Below, in pieces: positions 52,801 through 64,000 of a DNA stretch of 64,000 bases. A program made the position numbers and the translations under genes. Under the pieces are notes generated by a model, which saw nothing but the letters and a program-made list of their open reading frames with translations, was not told the DNA's origin and made no database searches. Each line of letters begins with the position of its first letter. Within the stretch, counting starts at the first letter, position 1. The DNA is from Camelus ferus (lineage: Eukaryota), in the NCBI RefSeq assembly GCF_009834535.1, contig NC_045696.1, positions 111,974,001-112,038,000 on the forward strand, in the 5' to 3' direction.

Positions 52801-54227
52801 TAAGGGACTGACATCACCTACGGCTGGAATCGAATGCAAGTCTTGCTAATCTTGGCATTGCAAAGAAAGCCTGGCAAGGAGAGGAGGCCGACTTGAATTG
52901 TAACCTTGGTTCTGTCTTCAGCCAGTCAGGGATTGCTGGGAAAACCGTTTCATCTTTCTGGGTCCTGGTGTACTTGTGTGTCAAGTGAAGGAGGTGAGTG
53001 AAAATCAATCTCTAAGATCCGTTTTCGGCCCTAACGTCCTGTGAGTGTCTATTATTCCTGGGTTAATTTCAGTCGTGTATACTGTGGTGTAACTGGCTAC
53101 TGAGTCTCCTTTTTTCTGGCTTCCTTCTGTTTCAACTTTTAAAATTTTCTATTAGACCCTCAGTCACCATACTCCAAGTGTTTATTTCTCGCCCTTCAAT
53201 TTCCTTCTAAGGAAAATATATTTATTTTTGTCTACCAGAGCATAATGATCCCATTTTCTTCCCATTTCTATATTTTTAAAATCTAATTAAGGTGATAAGT
53301 TTCTTGAGGGTTGAAACTAGAATTTTCCTGTGGGGGTAAACATTATTTTTTTTTAATTGGCAACCAAGCTGCCAGTTTTTTACAGAGCAGCAGGATATGG
53401 GTTTTAAGTAATGTAAGCAGGAAATGGGTCTCCAGCCCACACAAAATAAATGCAAAAGTACTGATTTACCCTGAGTCCACATCTGGCTTACTCATTTATA
53501 ACTTTAGCCTGAACTGACATTCTCCCACAGAACTGCAGGGTAACATCCATGTCTACAGAACGTCAGACCAGAAGTGGGGAGTTGGGGGAACTTCCTGTGA
53601 GTCTCACTTAACACATATGAATAATCTGCCTATTTCAGTCAACATCACATTTTCTCTCCAGCAGTAGGGTTCCGGGCCTCAGCTAAGTAAATATAAGTAA
53701 ATGTAAGCTCCATGTCTTCACGTGCATTGATTTTTGCATAATCCAATAGCTCTAAAGTTTGGAGGGGGTCAGCGGAAACTGGCTGAAATGTGGTCAACTG
53801 ACCCATCATCTGCAGATGGAACCACCTGGAGGAAACGACCCTCCGGGAAGGGATGTGCACAGGCTGCTTCCCTGTCTGGTGACCCGGGCTGTGCTCGTTC
53901 ATCAGGACCTTAAATATGAATGTGGCCCCAGCCCCAGCTGCCTTAAGGAGCGCTTCTTGGCAAATATAACAAAATGATATTGTTATAGAGGCAGAGTTTC
54001 CAGGGTTGGTTGGTCCAGCAGTTCCACGATGCCAGTCAGGGCCCGGGTTCTGTCTGTCTTTCCACTCCTCCACCCACAGAGCCTGCTCTGTCCTACAGCT
54101 GACTTCCCTTCGGGTTGGAGAGGGTTGACCCGGAGCACTTGTGGCAACTTGCATCCTTGCTCAAGTTCACTGAAGGCAGGCTGCTTCTGTCCCAATATTC
54201 TAAGCATGAGTCTTTTGGTCATTTTAT

Positions 54228-54880
54228 TTTGATAAAATTTCAGATTTGCTAAAAGTTACAAGAATAGTAGAAAGAATACTTTCCCTGGGTAACCCTTGAC
54301 TCCGATTCACAAGCCTTAATATTTTGCCACATTTCCTTCCCCTCTCTCTCTCTCATTTCACACACACACACACACAAACACACTCCTTCTGAACTATGGA
54401 GAGTTGGTTGCAGACAGCAAGAATAAGAACATGCTTTTATGTAACCACAGCACATGATCAAAGTCAGGAAATTTAAAGTTGACTTAATGAGATATCCTAA
54501 TCTACAGTCTATATTCAAATTTCAATATTTGTCCCCAAAATGTCTCTTATAGGAGCTTCCTTCCACTCCAGGACCCTCGGGGCCATGTCCTGCACTCAGC
54601 TTTCATGTCTCTGCCTGTCTTTCATAATCTTGGCATCTTTGAAGAGTACTAGTTAGTTCTGTTTTGTTCTCTAATTGGGTTATTTGCTTTCTTATCACTG
54701 AGTTTTCAGAGCATTTTCTACAATCTGGATATAAGTCCTTATCAGATGTGAGATTGGTAAATATTTTCTCTTCATTGGTGACTTGTCTTTTCATCAATTT
54801 CACGGTGTCTTTTGAACAGCAGACATTTCTAATTTTGATGAAGTCTAATTTCCTTTTTTTTTTTTTTTCCTTTTTTGGAT
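54228..54880 (-). mobile_element. Ancient L1M fragments
   Basis: ORF2-like peptide MKRQVTNEEKIFTNLTSDKDL; L1MC-type 3' end aaatttcagatttgctaaaagttacaagaatagta. Confidence 0.7.
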
Positions 54881-56096
54881 CATAAGCATGAGTCTTGAAC
54901 TCATTCTCGTTGGACCAGCCTAGGTTACATGTTCACCCTGAACTAGTGACTGTGGCTGGGACAGAAACATACTGATTGGCTGGAGTCAAATGACTTGATC
55001 CAACCTTGATATCTTCCCTGAAGTGTACAAAGTCAAGAGGTGGAAAAGCATATTAAAGCCCTGGGTACACTTAGGGAAGGTGAGGGACAGGATGGATGCT
55101 GGGTGGACCACCAAGGAAATATCCCCTAATCACAGCTCTCAGGAGAGTGACAGTCAGCCAGCTGTGCACCCTCGGGCAGCGCTGCCCGCCTCTGGGTTCT
55201 TCCCACCTCAGCCAGCCTTCCCCACTATGGCCACATGTCCCAATTCCAAAATCCAAGAGCCTCTGACCCGAACATAAGTCTTCAAACCCCACTGCTGGAC
55301 GGTGGCTTTTCATCCCACATTCATCAAGGACAGTAGGCATGGGCTCAGCACCTCCAGAGCCCCTCAGAGCACCCAGCCTTGTGCCCCACTCAGACCCCCA
55401 AGTGATGGGATGAGTGGGGATCAGCACCCTGGCACACATCCCTGCATCTTCCAGAGACCAGCCTGAGCCAGGCCATTTGCCTAGCATTTTCTCATGACCT
55501 TCATTTGAAAGCACCAAGGAGAAAATATAACTAAAGATTTTTTTGTGCCCTATACACTCTGCTTGTATCAAAGCATGTATAGTTCAAATCCCCACAATCA
55601 AATGATCATGGACCACTAATTTTTAATATATTAAAATGTTCTCTTCTGAATTAATAAAGTGTATAATTGTTTGGAGGAGGACGTAGTGTGGAGGAAAAAA
55701 GCTGAATCAAGTTCGGAAAAATGCCAACGTGCCAAGTTTCTAAATGTTTCTTCGACAGCAAAGTTTTACGCTCTCTCCTCTCTGAAAAAGGTACATTATT
55801 GATGAGGGTTACTATTCATGCCTCACCTCTCATTTTATTCTCATCCAAACAGGCAAAGCTCTTTATTCCTATCATCAAGATGGGGAAATGGAGTCTCTGA
55901 GTGGCTGTGGGACATGCTCGGGTGACTGGGGGCTTGGAGATACAGAGCTGGTTAGTAACTGCTCTGGAAGACAGTCCACCGTCCACAACACCCAACAAAT
56001 ACCATTCGAGTTCTATCCAGAAATCCCCACAGTTATGCGATTTTCATGCTGTCTCTGTTTACACCTACCATTAGCAAGAATATATCATTAGTGTCA

Positions 56097-56372
<276 letters not shown>

Positions 56373-56894
56373 CTAAGCAAAACTACTGAGCTTCACGAGA
56401 AATCAAAGCCAACCTTATCAATGCATTGGCTGCTCGTTCTGAGTAATGAAGTGCTGGCAGCAGAGAAGTGAACTTATTTCAGCCTTAAAACCCTTGTGAA
56501 TTATGAATACTCAGGTCTCCCTTTGCTGCAAATCAGAAAGCCCCTTTTAACTGAAACTGGACATGACTGTTACTATCTTACTAAAAGAAAATTAACACTA
56601 AGCTGATTTACTTGGAAAACATAATGCGCAGCGGGGTTCCCTCCAAACAGACTTCACTTCCTAGGTGGCTCCCTTGCTGGCCAGAGTGATGTCAGGTGAG
56701 TCCACTTTCAAGAAACTCAATAGAAGAAGTATTGCAGAAGAAATTATATGGGTCACGAAAGAATTAGGTCTTTTCAAAGGAGTCTTCTCCAAATTCTTTA
56801 ACACATTTAGCTCTTGTAATGATATTTAAAAGGTGATTTAATTTACAGTGTTTAGAAAAATATGATCCAAGATTGGAAACAAGGCAGAAAAATG

Positions 56895-57103
56895 AGCTGT
56901 GATGTCCAAAATGACAGCTACTAATCACATGTGGTTATTTACATCAAAATGAATGAAAATTAAATAAAATTAGAAATTCGATTCCTTACTTGTACCAGCC
57001 ACATTTCAAATGCTCAACAGCCACAAATGTCCAGTGGTCACCCCACTGGGCAGCACACGTACAGAATATTTTCATCATCACAGAACGTTCTGTTGAGCAA
57101 TGC
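56895..57103. mobile_element. MER3-like hAT DNA transposon
   Basis: tgtccaaaatgacagctactaatcacatgtggttattt..agccacatttcaaatgctcaacagccac..gaatattttcatcatcacagaa. Confidence 0.8.
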
Positions 57104-57313
57104 GTACACAGCACTGACTGACAAACTTACCTGAGTCATCTAACGGTCTAGGGAAATGCAACTTCCTTTGACTTACTGTTTATTATTGATTGGACCCTGA
57201 CTCTGTAAAGATTGTAGAAGACTGGTAAATTACAAGTCACATCTGGCTAGTATAGTTCCAAAGATTTCTGCCTGGTTGAAATATAACCAAAGATGATTTT
57301 TTCCCCTCACTTA

Positions 57314-57337
57314 TTTCTTCCTTCCTTCCTTCCCTCC

Positions 57338-57409
<72 letters not shown>

Positions 57410-57560
57410 TCTTCTTTCTTCTTTCTTTCTTTCTTTCTTCTTTCTTCTTTCTCTTTCTCTCTTTTCTCTTCTCTTTTTCTCTCTCTTCTTTCTTCTTTTC
57501 TTTCTTTCTTTCTCTCGCTCTCTCTTCCTTCCTTCCTCCCTTCCTTCCTTCTTACCTCCC
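57314..57560. repeat. (TTTC)n / (TTCC)n polypyrimidine microsatellite
   Basis: Seen directly; about 245 bp almost purely T/C. Confidence 0.97.
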
Positions 57561-58918
57561 TACCTACTTGGGTATTTTTCTCATATCCTTCTCTGAACCA
57601 GCTTTTTCATCCTACTGTTTCCTTCCTTAATGAGTTAAGTAAATCTTCAACATATGCTTACTGCATGTTTGAATACATTACAGGTTTTAAAAACTTTTTG
57701 AAAATAACCTTTTGCACTTAAAGAAGCAACTTATCCTGATTTTTGTGACACACTGATGAAATAAAGCAGACTTCAGGCTCCAGGAGCACAGTCTCCAGCT
57801 TCTCCTCTCTGTCCTCCCCACCTCCTCACACAGCTTTACAGACAATAGGTAACTGAATGATGCTTGTTAATGCACAGATGAATGAATAGTGAGTGAAGGG
57901 TATACCAGTTGTCTCTTCTCTTCTAATCGCCCAACAAAAACTTCTCTGCTGCTCTGAGCATTAAAAGCAAGGAGTTTTACTTTATCAGTTGGGATGTGAC
58001 TTTTACCTCCATTAGACACAATGCTCTTGAATGTAAGAAATCCACCACCAAATGTGAACAGCAAATAAGAGTCACCATCTGAGTTCAACTTTCCCGGTAG
58101 TACATTAACACTCCAGGAGCCAGAACTAAAAACATTCACAGCTAAAGCACATTAGCAAAGAAAGCTCATGTAACACCCATTGTTTGGGATATTTACGTGG
58201 GCACCCTAGGATTTTAATGTCTAAATAAACATATTTTTACTGGCATAGTTCAACTGTAAACACCTGGAAATCTTGTTTAAGGTTGCAACTTCTGTCACAT
58301 CCCAGACACACATTTTTTCCAAGAAAACATGGTTTATTTTTGTACCTCTGAAGCTACAAATATGCTCAGAATCTGAAATAACAGGTTATAAATACTCTGA
58401 AATTCTAAGAGAATCTGTGCAGCATGGTCACCTGAAACATATCTTTTCCTGCAAAAAATACCTACAGGACACTTTTGGCTGCCAGATGTACAAACTCAAT
58501 TTACAGACACTTCACTGCTCTCCTGCCAAGAAACACTGACACATGGAAGAACCGGTCTTTTTTGCAAATGTGTAGCAAGTGAGATACGGACAAAGGTGAG
58601 CTCCTCCATCTATTAAAAAGCGAATATTCGTTCAGCAAATTCTTACTGAGTGAACACGGAGGAGAGAAAACTATCCTGTGACACCCAGATGAAAGAAGAA
58701 GAGAGAATTAAGAACTATATATGTCACCAATTATCCAGGCAGTGTGGTTCAGTAACAATGACGACAGAAACGAAATAGGGCTTCTTGGTTTTCCAAATCA
58801 GATTTTTGGCTGGATTTCAGGAGAAGGTCTAAGTTTCAGTAAATCATTTCCACCAAGGTAGAATACTTGCTGACTAAAATATATGCTGTGAGGTATTTTT
58901 ATACATGGGTTGGGTAAA

Positions 58919-58958
58919 CAGAAATGCCCTCGGAGGCCAGAAATGCCCTCGGAGGCCA
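58919..58958. repeat. Perfect 19-bp tandem duplication
   Basis: cagaaatgccctcggaggc x2, followed by ca. Confidence 0.95.
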
Positions 58959-61877
58959 AGTACCTCCTCCTCAGCAGGTACTGTGACTTGTTCTATAAAC
59001 CTCCTTTCCTCCTAGATTACTTCTTCCAGGACCTCAAGTGTGCGTGTGGCACAAGAGTCCCATGCCACCAAAATTTTATCTACTTAATATTTTTATTTAG
59101 GTTGACTCTTGTTTTATGTATAACATGATTTAAAATGGAAACCTTTGACCTCTGGCTTAATTTAAAAACCAGCACCGACTGCCGATATCAGAAGGCACTG
59201 ATAAAATAAATAAGACGAAGTCAGACCAAACAATAATCAGACATGATTTCACTCTCACTGGATCCTGGGTCTGCAGAAGGCTTGGAGCCCAGGTGTCCTC
59301 ACTCCTGGCTCAAAGGGAGAGTCAGGAACAAATCAGCACTGACTTGCGACTTCTCCACGAGGAATCTGGGCAAAATAAACATGTTTCTCACTATGTGAGT
59401 CGATGAGGTTTAAAGCCACGATTCTGTCCCACCTAAAATTCGGAGCCTCATAATTTGGGAAACAAAACTGTAGCCCAAGCTTGTCAAATGTCAAATGGGC
59501 TCCAGAAGCACCGAGTTCGAGTGTGATAGTTCTTCAAGCTAGTAGATGGGTAGGGATACGTCTGGAGGAAAAAAGACGGAAAGGCTGAGCATTATAGACA
59601 AAGGATTTGGCCGTAGCTGGAGAGCAAGCCCAGGGAGAGAGGAGGCAGGAGGGGCAGAGGAAGAGCTGCGGTGGGGAAGCTGGTGGCGGGCTTAGGGAAG
59701 TCACTGCCTCGGGGCCAGGCACGCTCATCTCATAAGGGAGGGGCTGGGTGGCTGATTTCCAACACCCTTGCCAGCTGTCCAGGTCTGGGATTCCAAGTGT
59801 GTCATCACATGGGGGAGTCACAAGTTGGAATGGCTTGGGCATGAGGATGAGGGGGTTTCTGTGGGCAAAGACAATGACCCAGGAGGAGGTGGTGGAGGGA
59901 ACCAAGGAAGGGGAGACCCTCCACACGGATGGGTAACAACTGCAATTTCTTGGGAGCCTGTGGCTTAAAAGATACCAGCTAGAGGGCCTTCAGATGGCTT
60001 CCCCTTTATCTTGGAGTGGAGTCGTCACCACACCTCTGTGAGGTCCTCTGTTGGGTGTCTGTGGCCAGACTGAGGCTGGAGTGTTCATTCGGGCTCATGG
60101 CTCACGGATGCTGGTTGTAAGTCTGAGGGCCCGGTTTTCTGACACCAAGTTTAGAGTTGCTGATGTCATGGTTTTACTCTTTCACTTTCCAGAAACATCT
60201 TTCTTCTGGTAAACACAGAAAACTTCTATCAGGTCTTGAAGATGTATGTCACCTCATCTAGGAAGCCTCCTCTGATGGATCCAAGCACACATGAATGCTT
60301 CCTCTCAGATAACCTTGGTCCTTTGCTTTTCCTTCCATATTACACCTATTCAGTATGATACTTAAAATTTTAAACAATGGGACCATCCACTTCAGAGGTT
60401 ACACAGGCAAGATGGGGGAACAGCCTCAGGGGGCCAAACAAATGGGCTTCACAGATTTCCACAACTGGGTGTCGCAGGAGCACCACCAAGCGTGGCATCT
60501 TTCTTGCTGGGATTCAGGCCTCCCTGACCCCCTGGTCAGGAAGGGGCGTGGGGGCCGGCTCCCTAGGACTAGGGCGGGCAGGGCGGTGGGCTCCAAGATG
60601 GCCTCAAGGCCATGTTTAACTGTCTTCCCTGGAATCACCACAGTGGATTTGGGTGGGGGAGAGAATGACTCCAGGCAACGTTAGTTAAGAACCGGTAGGA
60701 AAATATTTCAACATCTAGTGAAACTGGATTGGTACATATCAACTGCATATCCCCAGGACTGGGCTGGAACCCGACACATGGTAGATATCCAAGAAGCAGC
60801 TGTTGATTGAATGAATGAACAATTGCCATCCTCAGCTATAACCAGAGCCAGAGTGATTGCCCTGGGTGAACTACACCTTAATTCCATCAAACAGTCCTCA
60901 GTGTTAATGTATTCCTTGAGGATATTTGTACTTAGGAAAGTAAGCAACCAGATTCCTCCCAGACTAGAAGAACCCACCGATTTCAGTTGTGATCAGTTTA
61001 GTCAATCAGGACTTCTGCTGTTTAGCCATTGTCTGTGGTTGGTTAGCGATGACTTCTACTGCTGATCATAACTTCCGTTGGTGAATCCTGACTTCTCTAC
61101 GTTAACTTTTTGCTGGTTTCCTTATAATTTTTGGTTAAGCATGACTCCTGTTGTCTAGTGATGGCTTCTGGGGATTAACCATGACTTCTATTGTTTGTGA
61201 CAGTCAACAGCAACACAATTAACACTCTAATTAACTCGATCAAGAAGGTAGACCCACATCACAAACTGAGTCCAGTGTTTTCTAACCATGGATCTTCCAA
61301 CCTTTCTTACCTCATGCTCTTCTGCTCTTGCTACCAAAGAGCTGGGGTACAACCCCCAAAATATTCAGGGTGGAGAAGGCCACATGTGCATGAGAGCCAT
61401 TAGCTCCATGTCTTTGCGATAACTAGGGAATGCCCATGTCCTCCTCAGATAAAGTCTGTCTCCCCTTGGAGATACTTGGAGATACTTGAGAGATCAGTCT
61501 AGAACTCTAGATACCAATCTTCTACTATCTACGGGGCAGGAACAATCCTAAATCAGAAGGAAGGGTAACTGTCTCTTTTAAACCTACATATTGTCCTATA
61601 CTTAAATACTTAAAATTCACAATTCCCTTGATGGACAAGTCAAATGTCCAAAATCTAAACAGGACTTGGAGAACAGCGACTCATCTCTCTCCCTTGTCCA
61701 TATTTTGCTATGAGATTAGGTTGGGCCACCTTCCCTCCCTGATACTCTCACATTATTGCTCTAATTCTCATCATTTTCTCCCCATTCCTGGGCCCTGTTT
61801 CACCTTCTAGTTTTCAGAGATCATCACATGTAATATTTCTCACCCTCTTCCAAAGGGGGTGATTTTTTGGTTGGCTA

Positions 61878-62130
61878 GACAGTGGGCTAGTGGTTAAGAA
61901 TTAGGCTTTTGCTTGGATGTATGTGGATTTAAACTCTGACTCTGCCCCTTACTATCTGTATGATATTGAGCAAGTTACACTAAGGCCTCAGTTTCCTCAC
62001 CCACAAAATGGGGATAATGAAAGTAACTCCTTCACAGGATCACTGAGTACACCCAATCAGGGAACACATACAAACTGTTAGCACAATGCCCAGCACAGAG
62101 CAACTGCCCAATGAATGGTAGCTTTTGTTA
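61878..62130. mobile_element. Near full-length MIR SINE
   Basis: tagtggttaaga..ctctgccccttact..gagcaagttac..gcctcagtttcctcacccacaaaatggggataat..agcacaatgcccagcacag. Confidence 0.85.
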
Positions 62131-64000
62131 TTGGCAAAACCTCTTTTTCTAAAGCTTTCTTCTGGACAATTTCCAATATACATTTTGTGTTTAAAATAAA
62201 GATTCCCAAATAAGATACAATACTGTTCTGAATCTCTGGACAATACAGGCTATTGTGGGCAGACAGCCTCATGATTCTAAAGACTCATTCACGTATTGGC
62301 CCATTCATTCAAGGCCAATGAACAGGGGTGGAGGTGGTGGGCTCCCACGGGGCGCACAAAGATGGGTCACGCACAGCTCCTGCCCTTTCTCTGTCTACCA
62401 GGAGCATTAAGTCAAGTGAACCAAGCAGTGTGATGAGAACTCTAATGGAAGCAGAAAGTGAAACAATGCCCAGGTCAGTGCCTGGCACACAGTAGGCACA
62501 CATAAATGATTGACAGAGTAAAGGCCATAGGAATTCAAAGGAGTCAGAAGGAGTTAACACTTGATCCCAGCTCCAAGGAAGGAGTAGGATTTGAAGGAGA
62601 AGCTTTCCCCTGAGGAGAATTAGGGGTGAGCAGAGGCAAGGGTGAGGAAGGACAGGGAGGGGTCAGTAGTCCAGGATGGCAGAGACATGAGTGATGGAGT
62701 GTGTGTGTGTAAAACGCAGCTGTGACAATGGGCTGACGTGCAGACTGGGGACGATCATGAAGGCCACACCAGGCATTTACTGGGAAGGCACTCACTCTTC
62801 CATGCAAGGAGGGGCTGGGGTCAGAGTGAGATTCTGCCAAGATGGTTCAGGAAGCTGTGAATCACTGATTTCATCATGCATCAGTTTAACACACAGTAAC
62901 GTAGACAGTGAGCTCTGGGTATCAACACAAATACCTAACACCCTCAGCCTGCCCTCCAGTCTGAGAAGCGAGTCCAGGAATCCTTGATTTCTGAAATGAC
63001 AGTACAGTTTGCTGACTCGTATTTAATCACAAAATTGCTCGCAAGAATTCAGACTGTGGTGTTTTGGATGGAAACTGCTTTTTCGCATTTAAGCCCCTTA
63101 CATCACGTTTAACAAATGTAGAAAGTGTAGATCGTTTGAAGAAAGGAGCTAAGTAAAAACTTTTTCTTTCTTTTTTTTTTTTAAAAAGGCAACTTGGCTC
63201 CATATCAGTCACAAAAAGCATCGGGTCAGGAGAAATTCACTCAGAAAATTAGCGTGTGGGAAGCACACCTGTTTGCATCGAGCTTTTGTAGAGTTAATGT
63301 TTATCCCATGCAAAGTTCCAAAGGATAATTTCTCCTTCCAGATGAGAGAAGAGAAAGGGAGGAGTGTCACTTGGTCGCTTTCCCTCCATCATTAAGAGGA
63401 ATATATTTCAATGCCATCTCAGTCAAAGAGTCAGCAGGCGGCTGCCCCAGGGAGCTGTTCCTCTGGGCGGCATGGCCAGCCGGGCAAGGTCTGGGTCCAG
63501 ATCCAGGTCCAAGTCCTGGTCTGGGTCCAGGTGTGGGCCAGTCCAACACAGAGCTACAATTCCACTTCCAGCCAGGAGCAGAGACACTGCTGGTTGGAGG
63601 TGAGTGTGGAATAATCCCATCACAGCCACTTTGGGAAACCCGGTTTTCAGACCAGGAAACACGTTGCCTTAAACAAACAAAAAACAGCCTGCAGAGTGAG
63701 TGGAAGTCTATGCGTGACAACTTTGGGGAAGTTATTAATAGCCCGATTTGGGGGGAGAAAGAGAAAAGTGAAGACCTTTTCACCCCACTGAAAGACAATG
63801 GGTGCGAGGGAGGGAGAAAGTAGAAAAACAGCCCACTATTTTGATGACAAACAGGGCGCTTCCTCCCGAGCAGGGAGGGCGGGCATGAAGGTAGCACGGG
63901 GAACACCGAGCAGTCAAGTTGAGGGGGCTGCTCGGAGCCAAGAAGGGAAAACACCGTAAGGTTCATACTCCAAACAGAAAAATCGAGATGTCCCAAGAGG

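Noticed and set aside
46298..55571. Several 120-175 aa ORFs (46298-46825, 53645-54154, 55071-55571)
   Set aside because: No recognisable homology, some overlap old repeats, and their lengths are compatible with chance in GC-richer intron sequence when alternative starts are allowed.
57293..57721. 142-aa Phe/Leu/Ser-rich membrane-like ORF
   Set aside because: Translation of the (TTTC)n tract.

Overview
Mammalian genomic DNA, very probably camelid (it carries a Vic-1-type tRNA-derived SINE, and I saw no ruminant Bov-A/BovB or pig PRE elements). The window lies inside the retinoic acid receptor beta gene (RARB), transcribed on the minus strand. Only one coding exon is present: 142 bp at 56204-56345, encoding the second half of the DNA-binding domain, with canonical AG/GT splice sites. 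The rest is intron containing a degraded ~6.1 kb LINE-1, several 5'-truncated L1 insertions with readable target-site duplications (TSDs), ancient L1M/L2/MIR fragments, hAT MER elements, LTRs and microsatellites. All other ORFs in the track are L1 remnants or look spurious. I find no support for a new multi-gene biological system. The most interesting signals are two composite retrotransposon insertions each bounded by a single TSD, an extended CTCF motif next to a DR5-like retinoic acid response element, a CpG-dense patch bounded by antisense splice signals, and an unexplained 44-bp dispersed direct repeat. Repeat subfamily names come from my recollection of consensus sequences, not a database search, and boundaries of old repeats are approximate.
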